Source: Eledone cirrhosa (lineage: Eukaryota). From it: a stretch of 64,000 nucleotides of DNA. Each line of letters begins with the position of its first letter. Position 1 is the first letter of the stretch. The DNA lies in contig OZ024744.1 in NCBI GenBank assembly GCA_964016885.1, positions 124,992,001-125,056,000 on the forward strand. Reading direction: 5' to 3'. The notes under the pieces were generated by a model. The model was not told where the DNA came from. It ran no database searches and worked only from the letters and a program-made list of their open reading frames with translations. Positions 23,310 through 34,903 of the stretch are shown one piece after another. The translations under genes were made by a program, and so were the position numbers.

Positions 23310-24090
23310 CCTCTTCTTAGTGAGAGACAACTACAAGAGAGGTTCTTAGAGAAGAATAAGCCACTATAGTTAACTTTTGTTGACATAGAGAACCCCGATC
23401 TGTCATCTGGTGGTCCTTAAGGAAACTAGGTGTAGGGGAATGGCTTGTGAGGACAGTGCAAGCTATGTACAAGGGTGCTGTCAGTAAAGTGAGAGGAGGA
23501 ATTCCAGAAACAAAGTAGGTGTACATCAGGGTTCGGTCCTCAGTCCGCTCTTGTTCATTATAGTCCTCCCTCCCTCCCTCCCTCCCTCCCTCCCTCCAAG
23601 CCATAACAGAGGAGGAGTAGTTTAAGACTGGATGCCCATGGGAACTTCTCTATGCTGACGATCTGGTTCTTATAGCAGAATCAGTAGAGGAGCTAGCTAG
23701 AGAATAAATTCTGGCTATGGAAACAGCAGTAGTTGGAATCAAGAAGACTGAGAGTGAACCTAGCTAAGACAAAAGTGTTTATAAGTAGAAGAGAGGACAA
23801 AACTCTGATTCTGTCAGGGAAATGGCCATGTTCGATATGTAGGAAAGGAGTTGGCATAAATTCTATGAAATGTAGTACGCAATGCAGATCTTGGCTACAC
23901 AAGAGATGTAGTGGGATAGCAGGAAAACTGACTGACAGGTAGGGAGAAATACGTATGCAGTAGATGTACAGGGAAATTTGACAGAGATTGCAGTGATAGA
24001 CACATTTTTCAAATGCAGGTGGGATCTATAGAGGGAGTTGATAGCTTCTGATACCTAGGTGATCAGATTAGTAAGGGAGGAGGGTGATAT
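23310..24090 (+). mobile_element. Decayed RTE reverse transcriptase with an internal Cys/His (PHD-like) insertion
   Basis: GVHQGSVLSPLLF (~23520), LYADDL (~23650), LRVNLAKTKV, then KWPCSICRKGVGINSMKCSTQCRSWLHKRCSGI. Confidence 0.8.
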
Positions 24091-24615
24091 AAAATATATT
24101 GTTATCATGACTGTCTTTATTATTTAAATTACCTCTGTCTATTTACAGATTTTACAGAGTGTACTGGGTGCTTTTATGATGGGAGCAGCAACTCTATACG
24201 ATTTTACAGAGTGTACTTGGTGCTTTTATCATGGCACATGGCAGCAGCAGCAGCAGCAACTACGATTTTACAGAGTGTACTTGGTGCTTTTTACTCTGAC
24301 ATCAGCACTGAGGAAGTTGTCATATTTTCAGCTAAATTAATGAGTAGAAAAACCAAGTTTCTGCTACAAAAAATTCTCAGATTCAAGGGAGACATTCAGT
24401 TTAAGTATGGTATACTGTCACTAAGGCAGCAAATTGGCAGAGTCGCTAGAATATCAGATAGCATTCTTTACATTATTTGTTTCAGCTCTCTGTTCTCTCA
24501 ATTCAAATCCTGCTCAGGTCAACTTTGCCTTTCATCCATACAAAATAGATTAATAAAAGTACCAGTGTATTACTGGGGTCAATTCTTCTTCTAACTCTTC
24601 TGCACTTCCATTCTC

Positions 24616-24660
<45 letters not shown>

Positions 24661-24889
24661 GCTTCTTTAGAACACATCTGCTGTATTCAGACCTGGAGCG
24701 GAGATGGGCTCCACCAAGTTTTAAAAATTGCCCTTTAAGCGCTGTATGTCAATATGGTGCCCCTATGATTCCCTCCCTCAGGAGTTATGGGACCATAGAT
24801 ACTGTCAATTGTAAAGAATAACAGAGATATTCAGTGCTAGTGTGGTGTTCTGTCAGTTGTGGAGATTGATGAATCTAAACAGAAATATC

Positions 24890-25085
24890 AACAGCACTTT
24901 TCATTTCTGAGTAACACATTTGTTACCAAGTGCTGCATGGCTGGAATGAAAATCAGTGCTGTGAAAACCAAGACATTCATCCTCTCAAGGAAGCTTGTGC
25001 AGTGCACTCTACATGTAAATGGAGTCCCACTGAAGCAGGTAGAAAAGTTCATGTATCTCGAAGCTGTGTTCACGAGTGATGACAG
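24890..25085 (+). mobile_element. RTE-type RT C-terminal fragment (different family)
   Basis: GMKISAVKTK..VNGVPLKQVEKFMYLEAVFTSD. Confidence 0.65.
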
Positions 25086-25223
25086 AGACGGCAAAGGCAC
25101 AACACACAACAGAAGAAAAGAACAATGACAATTATTATTATTATTATTATTATTATTATTTGTTTTATTAGTTTTATTATAATAAAAATTGTGCTGTTAG
25201 TTTGCTTGCTATACCATCATGTA

Positions 25224-25316
25224 CCCTAACCCTAAACCTAACCCCAACTCCAACTCTGACCCTAAACCTAACCCCAACCCCAACCCCAACCCTAACCCTA
25301 ACCCTAACCCTAACCC
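25224..25316 (+). repeat. Interstitial telomeric repeat (CCCTAA)n, degenerate on the left and perfect on the right
   Basis: CCCTAACCCTAACCCTAACCCTAACCC abuts the 172-bp array. Confidence 0.9.
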
Positions 25317-26249
25317 ACGATAGAAGACGTTCGTTACCGCTGGAGCAACGCAAATTACTCCTCGGTTGACGCCAAAAACGAACGCCTTCTCGACGGCTAG
25401 CCGCATTTCGTGATCCGCCTTTCGATTGCGCTTCCGTCGCGGAAAAAGAATTGCCTTTATAGGCCGCCGCCGCCGCCCGACCGGACCCACGATAGAAGAC
25501 GTTCGTTACCGCTGGAGCAACGCAAATTACTCCTCGGTTGACGCCAAAAACGAACGCCTTCTCGACGGCTAGCCGCATTTCGTGATCCGCCTTTCGATTG
25601 CGCTTCCGTCGCGGAAAAAGAATTGCCTTTATAGGCCGCCGCCGCCGCCCGACCGGACCCACGATAGAAGACGTTCGTTACCGCTGGAGCAACGCAAATT
25701 ACTCCTCGGTTGACGCCAAAAACGAACGCCTTCTCGACGGCTAGCCGCATTTCGTGATCCGCCTTTCGATTGCGCTTCCGTCGCGGAAAAAGAATTGCCT
25801 TTATAGGCCGCCGCCGCCGCCCGACCGGACCCACGATAGAAGACGTTCGTTACCGCTGGAGCAACGCAAATTACTCCTCGGTTGACGCCAAAAACGAACG
25901 CCTTCTCGACGGCTAGCCGCATTTCGTGATCCGCCTTTCGATTGCGCTTCCGTCGCGGAAAAAGAATTGCCTTTATAGGCCGCCGCCGCCGCCCGACCGG
26001 ACCCACGATAGAAGACGTTCGTTACCGCTGGAGCAACGCAAATTACTCCTCGGTTGACGCCAAAAACGAACGCCTTCTCGACGGCTAGCCGCATTTCGTG
26101 ATCCGCCTTTCGATTGCGCTTCCGTCGCGGAAAAAGAATTGCCTTTATAGGCCGCCGCCGCCGCCCGACCGGACCCACGATAGAAGACGTTCGTTACCGC
26201 TGGAGCAACGCAAATTACTCCTCGGTTGACGCCAAAAACGAACGCCTTC
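25314..26249 (+). repeat. 172-bp GC-rich tandem repeat, ~5.4 apparently identical copies (rDNA spacer/ETS-like)
   Basis: ORF starts at 25490/25662/25834/26006/26178 give period 172; the array lies 360 bp upstream of the 18S 5' end. Confidence 0.93.
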
Positions 26250-26606
26250 CGGTTCGGGCGACGTAAAAGTCTGTAGCCTTTTCGCCGATCCTCGACGATT
26301 ATCCGCCTTCCGAACAACCGCCTTTCCGCCGTCACAGCAGTAGGTACTCGTCCGTCGTAATAGCCGTCATTTTAATGCAGGAGAAACGCCTAAATGCACT
26401 GCGATTGACGACGATCTACGACGCGCTTACTCTTCCTTGCTGCGACGAAGGTTTCGTTCGGCTTTTCGTCGTGGACCCGGTCAGGTCATGCCGCTGATCT
26501 CGCGTTGCGTCGTTACCGCTGGAGCAACGCAAATTACTCCTCGTTTAACGCCAACATCGAACGCGCTTCGGTTCTCGGTCGTCGTTGTTTTGTTTCGTGC
26601 GGAAGA
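26250..26606 (+). other. 5' ETS-like sequence
   Basis: GC/CpG-rich DNA immediately 5' of the 18S start; positional inference. Confidence 0.6.
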
Positions 26607-26792
26607 TACCTGGGTGATCCTGCCAGTAGTCATATGCTTGTCTCAAAGCTTAAGCCATGCAAGTGGAAGTTCATGCCGTAAACGAAAATGGTGAAACCGC
26701 GAATGGCTCAGGAACCGGATCTAATCCTCGGGACCGTATTCCTCACCGCGAGGAGAGGATAACTGTGACAATTCTAGAGCTAATACATGCAA
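26607..26792 (+). pseudogene. 18S rRNA 5'-end fragment (diverged, truncated)
   Basis: TACCTGGGTGATCCTGCCAGTAGTCATATGCTTGTCTCAAAG.TTAAGCCATGCA, GGTGAAACCGCGAATGGCTCA and GGATAACTGTG..AATTCTAGAGCTAATACATGC match universal eukaryotic 18S motifs. Confidence 0.93.
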
Positions 26793-26796
26793 TTGA

Positions 26797-29700
26797 GATC
26801 GGAGAGGGAGCGATCCGTCTGCTTGATTCCGATAACGAACGAGACATTCGTATCCGAAAGAACGTTTGTCTGGAAACTGGTGCAGTCAGTGAGTCGAAAA
26901 AAAAATATCTCGGTGGTAGTAGCAAATATTCGAACGAGACATTCGTATGCGAAAGAACGTTTGTCGGTGGTAGTAGCAAATATTCGAACGAGACATTCCT
27001 ATGCGAAAGAACGTTTGTCTGGAAGTGGCGATCCATGCCCGGTGGATAGTTGGTTCCGGGTTTTACTATGATTGTTGCAAAACAGAAACTTAAAGGGATT
27101 GACAGAATTTGCGATTCCGGAGAGAGGGCGATCCGTCTGCTTGATTCCGATAACGAACGAGACATTCGTATCCGAAAGAACGTTTGTCTGGAAACTGGTG
27201 AGTCAGTGAGTCGAAAAAAAAATATCTCGGTGGTAGTAGCAAATATTCGTATGCGAAAGAAAAGATCTCGGTGGTAGTAGCAAATATTCGAACGAGACAT
27301 TCGTAGGCGAAAGAAAAATATCTCGGTGGTAGTAGCAAATATTCGAACGAGACATTCGTATGCGAAAGAACGTTTGTCGGTGGTAGTAGCAAATATTCGA
27401 ACGAGACATTCGTATGCGAAAGAACGTTTGTCGGTGGTAGTAGCAAATATTCGAACGAGACATTCGTATGCGAAAGAACGTTTGTCTGGAAGTGGCGATC
27501 CATGCCCGGTGGATAGTTGGTTCCGGGTTTTACTATGATTGTTGCAAAACAGAAACTTAAAGGGATTGACAGAATTTGCCATTCCGGAGAGGGGGCGATC
27601 CGTCTGCTTGATTCCGATAACGAACGAGACATTCGTATCCGAAAGAACGTTTGTCTGGAAACTGGTGAGTCAGTGAGTCGAAAAAAAAATATCTCGGTGG
27701 TAGTAGCAAATATTCGTATGCGAAAGAAAAGATCTCGGTGGTAGTAGCAAATATTCGAACGAGACATTCGTAGGCGAAAGAAAAATATCTCGGTGGTAGT
27801 AGCAAATATTCGAACGAGACATTCGTATTCGAAAGAACGTTTGTCTGGAAGTTGCGATCCATGCCCGGTGGATAGTTGGTTCCGGGTTTTACTATGATTG
27901 TTGCAAAACAGAAACTTAAAGGGATTGACAGAATTTGCGATTCCGGAGAGGGGGCGATCCGTCTGCTTGATTCCGATAACGAACGAGACATTCGTATCCG
28001 AAAGAACGTTTGTCTGGAAACTGGTGAGTCAGTGAGTCGAAAAAAAAAATATCTCGGTGGTAGTAGCAAATATTCGAACGAGACATTCGTATGCGAAAGA
28101 ACGTTTGTCGGTGGTAGTAGCAAATATTCGAACGAGACATTCGTATGCGAAAGAACGTTTGTCGGTGGTAGTAGCAAATATTCGAACGAGACATTCGTAT
28201 GCGAAAGAACGTTTGTCTGGAAGTGGCGATCCATGCCCGGTGGATAGTTGGTTCCGGGTTTTACTATGATTGTTGCAAAACAGAAACTTAAAGGGATTGA
28301 CAGAATTTGCGATTCCGGAGAGGGGGCGATCCGTCTGCTTGAATCCGATAACGAACGAGACATTCGTATCCGAAAGAACGTTTGTCTGGAAACTGGTGAG
28401 TCAGTGAGTCGAAAAAAAAATATCTCGGTGGTAGTAGCAAATATTCGAACGAGACATTCGTATGCGAAAGAACGTTTGTCGGTGGTAGTAGCAAATATTC
28501 GAACGAGACATTCGTATGCGAAAGAACGTTTGTCTGGAAGTGGCGATCCATGCCCGGTGGATAGTTGGTTCCGGGTTTTACTATGATTGTTGCAAAACAG
28601 AAACTTAAAGGGATTGACAGAATTTGCGATTCCGGAGAGGGGGCGATCCGTCTGCTTGATTCCGATAACGAACGAGACATTCGTATCCGAAAGAACGTTT
28701 GTCTGGAAACTGGTGAGTCAGTGAGTCGAAAAAAAAAATATCTCGGTGGTAGTAGCAAATATTCGTATGCGAAAGAAAAGATCTCGGTGGTAGTAGCAAA
28801 TATTCGAACGAGACATTCGTAGGCGAAAGAAAAATATCTCGGTGGTAGTAGCAAATATTCGAACGAGACATTCGTATTCGAAAGAACGTTTGTCTGGAAG
28901 TTGCGATCCATGCCCGGTGGATAGTTGGTTCCGGGTTTTACTATGATTGTTGCAAAACAGAAACTTAAAGGGATTGACAGAATTTGCGATTCCGGAGAGG
29001 GGGCGATCCGTCTGCTTGATTCCGATAACGAACGAGACATTCGTATCCGAAAGAACGTTTGTCTGGAAACTGGTGAGTCAGTGAGTCGAAAAAAAAATAT
29101 CTCGGTGGTAGTAGCAAATATTCGTATGCGAAAGAAAAGATCTCGGTGGTAGTAGCAAATATTCGAACGAGACATTCGTAGGCGAAAGAAAAATATCTCG
29201 GTGGTAGTAGCAAATATTCGAACGAGACATTCGTATGCGAAAGAACGTTTGTCGGTGGTAGTAGCAAATATTCGAACGAGACATTCGTATGCGAAAGAAC
29301 GTTTGTCGGTGGTAGTAGCAAATATTCGAACGAGACATTCGTATGCGAAAGAACGTTTGTCTGGAAGTGGCGATCCATGCCCGGTGGATAGTTGGTTCCG
29401 GGTTTTACTATGATTGTTGCAAAACAAAAACTTAAAGGGATTGACAGAATTTGCGATTCCGGAGAGAGGGCGATCCGTCTGCTTGATTCCGATAACGAAC
29501 GAGACATTCGTATCCGAAAGAACGTTTGTCTGGAAACTGGTGAGTCAGTGAGTCGAAAAAAAAATATCTCGGTGGTAGTAGCAAATATTCGAACGAGACA
29601 TTCGTATGCGAAAGAACGTTTGTCGGTGGTAGTAGCAAATATTCGAACGAGACATTCGTATGCGAAAGAACGTTTGTCTGGAAGTGGCGATCCATGCCCG

Positions 29701-32700
29701 GTGGATAGTTGGTTCCGGGTTTTACTATGATTGTTGCAAAACAGAAACTTAAAGGGATTGACAGAATTTGCCATTCCGGAGAGGGGGCGATCCGTCTGCT
29801 TGATTCCGATAACGAACGAGACATTCGTATCCGAAAGAACGTTTGTCTGGAAACTGGTGAGTCAGTGAGTCGAAAAAAAAAATATCTCGGTGGTAGTAGC
29901 AAATATTCGAACGAGACATTCGTATGCGAAAGAAAAATATCTCGGTGGTAGTAGCAAATATTCGAACGAGACATTCGTATGCGAAAGAACGTTTGTCTGG
30001 AAGTGGCGATCCATGCCCGGTGGATAGTTGGTTCCGGGTTTTACTATGATTGTTGCAAAACAGAAACTTAAAGGGATTGACAGAATTTGCGATTCCGGAG
30101 AGGGGGCGATCCGTCTGCTTGATTCCGATAACGAACGAGACATTCGTATCCGAAAGAACGTTTGTCTGGAAACTGGTGAGTCAGTGAGTCGAAAAAAAAA
30201 ATATCTCGGTGGTAGTAGCAAATATTCGAACGAGACATTCGTATGCGAAAGAACGTTTGTCGGTGGTAGTAGCAAATATTCGAACGAGACATTCGTATGC
30301 GAAAGAACGTTTGTCGGTGGTAGTAGCAAATATTCGAACGAGACATTCGTATGCGAAAGAACGTTTGTCTGGAAGTGGCGATCCATGCCCGGTGGATAGT
30401 TGGTTCCGGGTTTTACTATGATTGTTGCAAAACAGAAACTTAAAGGGATTGACAGAATTTGCGATTCCGGAGAGAGGGCGATCCGTCTGCTTGATTCCGA
30501 TAACGAACGAGACATTCGTATCCGAGAGAACGTTTGTCTGGAAACTGGTGAGTCAGTGAGTCGAAAAAAAAATATCTCGGTGGTAGTAGCAAATATTCGA
30601 ACGAGACATTCGTATGCGAAAGAACGTTTGTCTGGAAGTGGCGATCCATGCCCGGTGGATAGTTGGTTCCGGGTTTTACTATGATTGTTGCAAAACAGAA
30701 ACTTAAAGGGATTGACAGAATTTGCGATTCCGGAGAGGGGGCGATCCGTCTGCTTGAATCCGATAACGAACGAGACATTCGTATCCGAAAGAACGTTTGT
30801 CTGGAAACTGGTGAGTCAGTGAGTCGAAAAAAAAATATCTCGGTGGTAGTAGCAAATATTCGAACGAGACATTCGTATGCGAAAGAACGTTTGTCGGTGG
30901 TAGTAGCAAATATTCGAACGAGACATTCGTATGCGAAAGAACGTTTGTCTGGAAGTGGCGATCCATGCCCGGTGGATAGTTGGTTCCGGGTTTTACTATG
31001 ATTGTTGCAAAACAGAAACTTAAAGGGATTGACAGAATTTGCGATTCCGGAGAGGGGGCGATCCGTCTGCTTGAATCCGATAACGAACGAGACATTCGTA
31101 TCCGAAAGAACGTTTGTCTGGAAACTGGTGAGTCAGTGAGTCGAAAAAAAAATATCTCGGTGGTAGTAGCAAATATTCGTATGCGAAAGAAAAGATCTCG
31201 GTGGTAGTAGCAAATATTCGAACGAGACATTCGTAGGCGAAAGAAAAATATCTCGGTGGTAGTAGCAAATATTCGAACGAGACATTCGTATTCGAAAGAA
31301 CGTTTGTCTGGAAGTTGCGATCCATGCCCGGTGGATAGTTGGTTCCGGGTTTTACTATGATTGTTGCAAAACAGAAACTTAAAGGGATTGACAGAATTTG
31401 CGATTCCGGAGAGGGGGCGATCCGTCTGCTTGATTCCGATAACGAACGAGACATTCGTATCCGAAAGAACGTTTGTCTGGAAACTGGTGAGTCAGTGAGT
31501 CGAAAAAAAAAATATCTCGGTGGTAGTAGCAAATATTCGAACGAGACATTCGTATGCGAAAGAACGTTTGTCGGTGGTAGTAGCAAATATTCGAACGAGA
31601 CATTCGTATGCGAAAGAACGTTTGTCGGTGGTAGTAGCAAATATTCGAACGAGACATTCGTATGCGAAAGAACGTTTGTCTGGAAGTGGCGATCCATGCC
31701 CGGTGGATAGTTGGTTCCGGGTTTTACTATGATTGTTGCAAAACAGAAACTTAAAGGGATTGACAGAATTTGCGATTCCGGAGAGGGGGCGATCCGTCTG
31801 CTTGAATCCGATAACGAACGAGACATTCGTATCCGAAAGAACGTTTGTCTGGAAACTGGTGAGTCAGTGAGTCGAAAAAAAAATATCTCGGTGGTAGTAG
31901 CAAATATTCGAACGAGACATTCGTATGCGAAAGAACGTTTGTCGGTGGTAGTAGCAAATATTCGAACGAGACATTCGTATGCGAAAGAACGTTTGTCTGG
32001 AAGTGGCGATCCATGCCCGGTGGATAGTTGGTTCCGGGTTTTACTATGATTGTTGCAAAACAGAAACTTAAAGGGATTGACAGAATTTGCGATTCCGGAG
32101 AGGGGGCGATCCGTCTGCTTGATTCCGATAACGAACGAGACATTCGTATCCGAAAGAACGTTTGTCTGGAAACTGGTGAGTCAGTGAGTCGAAAAAAAAA
32201 ATATCTCGGTGGTAGTAGCAAATATTCGTATGCGAAAGAAAAGATCTCGGTGGTAGTAGCAAATATTCGAACGAGACATTCGTAGGCGAAAGAAAAATAT
32301 CTCGGTGGTAGTAGCAAATATTCGAACGAGACATTCGTATTCGAAAGAACGTTTGTCTGGAAGTTGCGATCCATGCCCGGTGGATAGTTGGTTCCGGGTT
32401 TTACTATGATTGTTGCAAAACAGAAACTTAAAGGGATTGACAGAATTTGCGATTCCGGAGAGGGGGCGATCCGTCTGCTTGATTCCGATAACGAACGAGA
32501 CATTCGTATCCGAAAGAACGTTTGTCTGGAAACTGGTGAGTCAGTGAGTCGAAAAAAAAAATATCTCGGTGGTAGTAGCAAATATTCGAACGAGACATTC
32601 GTATGCGAAAGAACGTTTGTCGGTGGTAGTAGCAAATATTCGAACGAGACATTCGTATGCGAAAGAACGTTTGTCGGTGGTAGTAGCAAATATTCGAACG

Positions 32701-34078
32701 AGACATTCGTATGCGAAAGAACGTTTGTCTGGAAGTGGCGATCCATGCCCGGTGGATAGTTGGTTCCGGGTTTTACTATGATTGTTGCAAAACAGAAACT
32801 TAAAGGGATTGACAGAATTTGCGATTCCGGAGAGGGGGCGATCCGTCTGCTTGATTCCGATAACGAACGAGACATTCGTATCCGAAAGAACGTTTGTCTG
32901 GAAACTGGTGAGTCAGTGAGTCGAAAAAAAAATATCTCGGTGGTAGTAGCAAATATTCGAACGAGACATTCGTATGCGAAAGAACGTTTGTCTGGAAGTG
33001 GCGATCCATGCCCGGTGGATAGTTGGTTCCGGGTTTTACTATGATTGTTGCAAAACAGAAACTTAAAGGGATTGACAGAATTTGCGATTCCGGAGAGGGG
33101 GCGATCCGTCTGCTTGATTCCGATAACGAACGAGACATTCGTATCCGAAAGAACGTTTGTCTGGAAACTGGTGAGTCAGTGAGTCGAAAAAAAAAATATC
33201 TCGGTGGTAGTAGCAAATATTCGAACGAGACATTCGTATGCGAAAGAACGTTTGTCGGTGGTAGTAGCAAATATTCGAACGAGACATTCGTATGCGAAAG
33301 AACGTTTGTCGGTGGTAGTAGCAAATATTCGAACGAGACATTCGTATGCGAAAGAACGTTTGTCTGGAAGTGGCGATCCATGCCCGGTGGATAGTTGGTT
33401 CCGGGTTTTACTATGATTGTTGCAAAACAGAAACTTAAAGGGATTGACAGAATTTGCGATTCCGGAGAGAGGGCGATCCGTCTGCTTGATTCCGATAACG
33501 AACGAGACATTCGTATCCGAGAGAACGTTTGTCTGGAAACTGGTGAGTCAGTGAGTCGAAAAAAAAATATCTCGGTGGTAGTAGCAAATATTCGAACGAG
33601 ACATTCGTATGCGAAAGAACGTTTGTCTGGAAGTGGCGATCCATGCTCGGTGGATAGTTGGTTCCGGGTTTTACTATGATTGTTGCAAAACAGAAACTTA
33701 AAGGGATTGACAGAATTTGCGATTCCGGAGAGGGGGCGATCCGTCTGCTTGATTCCGATAACGAACGAGACATTCGTATCCGAAAGAACGTTTGTCTGGA
33801 AACTGGTGAGTCAGTGAGTCGAAAAAAAAATATCTCGGTGGTAGTAGCAAATATTCGTATGCGAAAGAAAAGATCTCGGTGGTAGTAGCAAATATTCGAA
33901 CGAGACATTCGTAGGCGAAAGAAAAATATCTCGGTGGTAGTAGCAAATATTCGAACGAGACATTCGTATTCGAAAGAACGTTTGTCTGGAAGTTGCGATC
34001 CATGCCCGGTGGATAGTTGGTTCCGGGCTTTACTATGATTGTTGCAAAACAGAAACTTAAAGGAATTGACAGAATTTT
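26797..34078 (+). repeat. rRNA-derived modular satellite, ~21 units of 263-467 bp with an internal 54-bp module
   Basis: Units contain 18S motifs (CGATTCCGGAGAGGG.GC; TTCCGATAACGAACGAGAC; GGTTCCGGG..GTTGCAAA..GAAACTTAAAGG.ATTGAC) and a 28S motif (GATCTCGGTGGTAGTAGCAAATATTC.AACGAGA). Confidence 0.92.
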
Positions 34079-34104
34079 CGAATCGACATCAACTCGGCTA
34101 CGGC

Positions 34105-34450
34105 TATCCCGTCGAGTACGAGAGTATCGCGGGATCAGAGCAACGGTTTGCTAGGCTGCCTCTGAGCGATAACGGCTGAACGCCTCCTCTAAGCCGGAAC
34201 CCTAGCCGGACCCGAGTTGTTTTTCGACAAGCGTCTCGACCTTCTTAAGGCCCATGCCTTAGTTTGGCGATTGCCGTCCGTTCGCCGACGGCGGCAGCGT
34301 CAGCGGAAATGCCATTCTGTGACGACTACGACGATTCGTCGTCGTCGTCGTCCATTCGATTTCCTGAAAGAGATAGAGACTAAAGTGATCAAATTGTTCG
34401 GAGTTACGTGCTTAGTAGAGCAGCTACCACACTGCAATCTATTGAGAGTT
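34105..34450 (+). pseudogene. 28S rRNA 3'-end remnant (deleted and diverged)
   Basis: AGTACGAGAG (34115), CTGAACGCCTC..TCTAAG (34176) and AGTAGAGCAGCTACCACACTGCAATCTATTGAGAG (34414-34448) appear in the correct 28S order. Confidence 0.8.
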
Positions 34451-34885
34451 TTCTGACGAACGATACAATCCGCCCACGTGGCGCCAGAAAGGGAGAAGAA
34501 AAGAAAAGTTAGACGCCGCCGATCGATCGGTTCGTTGTTTTACGTGTACACAGCTTGTGTGTGTGTCTGTATGTGATACAAGCCGCCTATCCGTCTTCCA
34601 AGTAAGTTTTGTGTGTAGACTGCGGAAAGAAATCCAATCCGCCGTCTAGGCGGTTCTGCCGCCGACCCATACTTTTGCGAGTCGCTCCCGGGAAAGACAG
34701 GCGGCAAGACGGCGTGTATACACGACGCCTTCCGTCTTCCGCCTCGAACCCGGGCAAACGTTCCTTTATTCGTCCACGCCTTCCCGCTTCGATCGCGAGA
34801 AAGTAATCAATCTGTTTTGTGTGTGTGTCTGTGTGTGATACAAATTTGTTTTCTTAATTTGATAACCATGAATTGTTTCAACACC

Positions 34886-34903
34886 GGCCCTTTTAAGGGC
34901 CAC
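34886..34903 (+). promoter_or_regulatory. Replication-dependent histone mRNA-type 3' stem-loop (orphan)
   Basis: acacc-GGCCCT-TTTA-AGGGCC-AC: 6-bp stem, 4-nt loop and AC 3' flank fit the consensus; no histone CDS upstream. Confidence 0.55.

Noticed and set aside
26908-26940. 28S fragment as an array of R2 target sites
   Set aside because: GGTAGTAGCAAAT only resembles the R2 site TTAAGGTAGCCAAATGCC; it comes from a different 28S region and no R2 is present.
26657-34003. ORFs up to 379 aa in the rRNA-derived array
   Set aside because: They are translations of the repeat, and the frames shift with A-run length.
26797-34078. CRISPR-like repeat/spacer appearance
   Set aside because: The intervening sequences are themselves repeated rather than unique spacers, there are no cas genes, and the context is eukaryotic.
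26607-34450. Functional 45S rRNA gene
   Set aside because: Only ~190 bp of contiguous 18S and a deleted 28S end are present; there is no recognisable 5.8S, and conserved positions are substituted.
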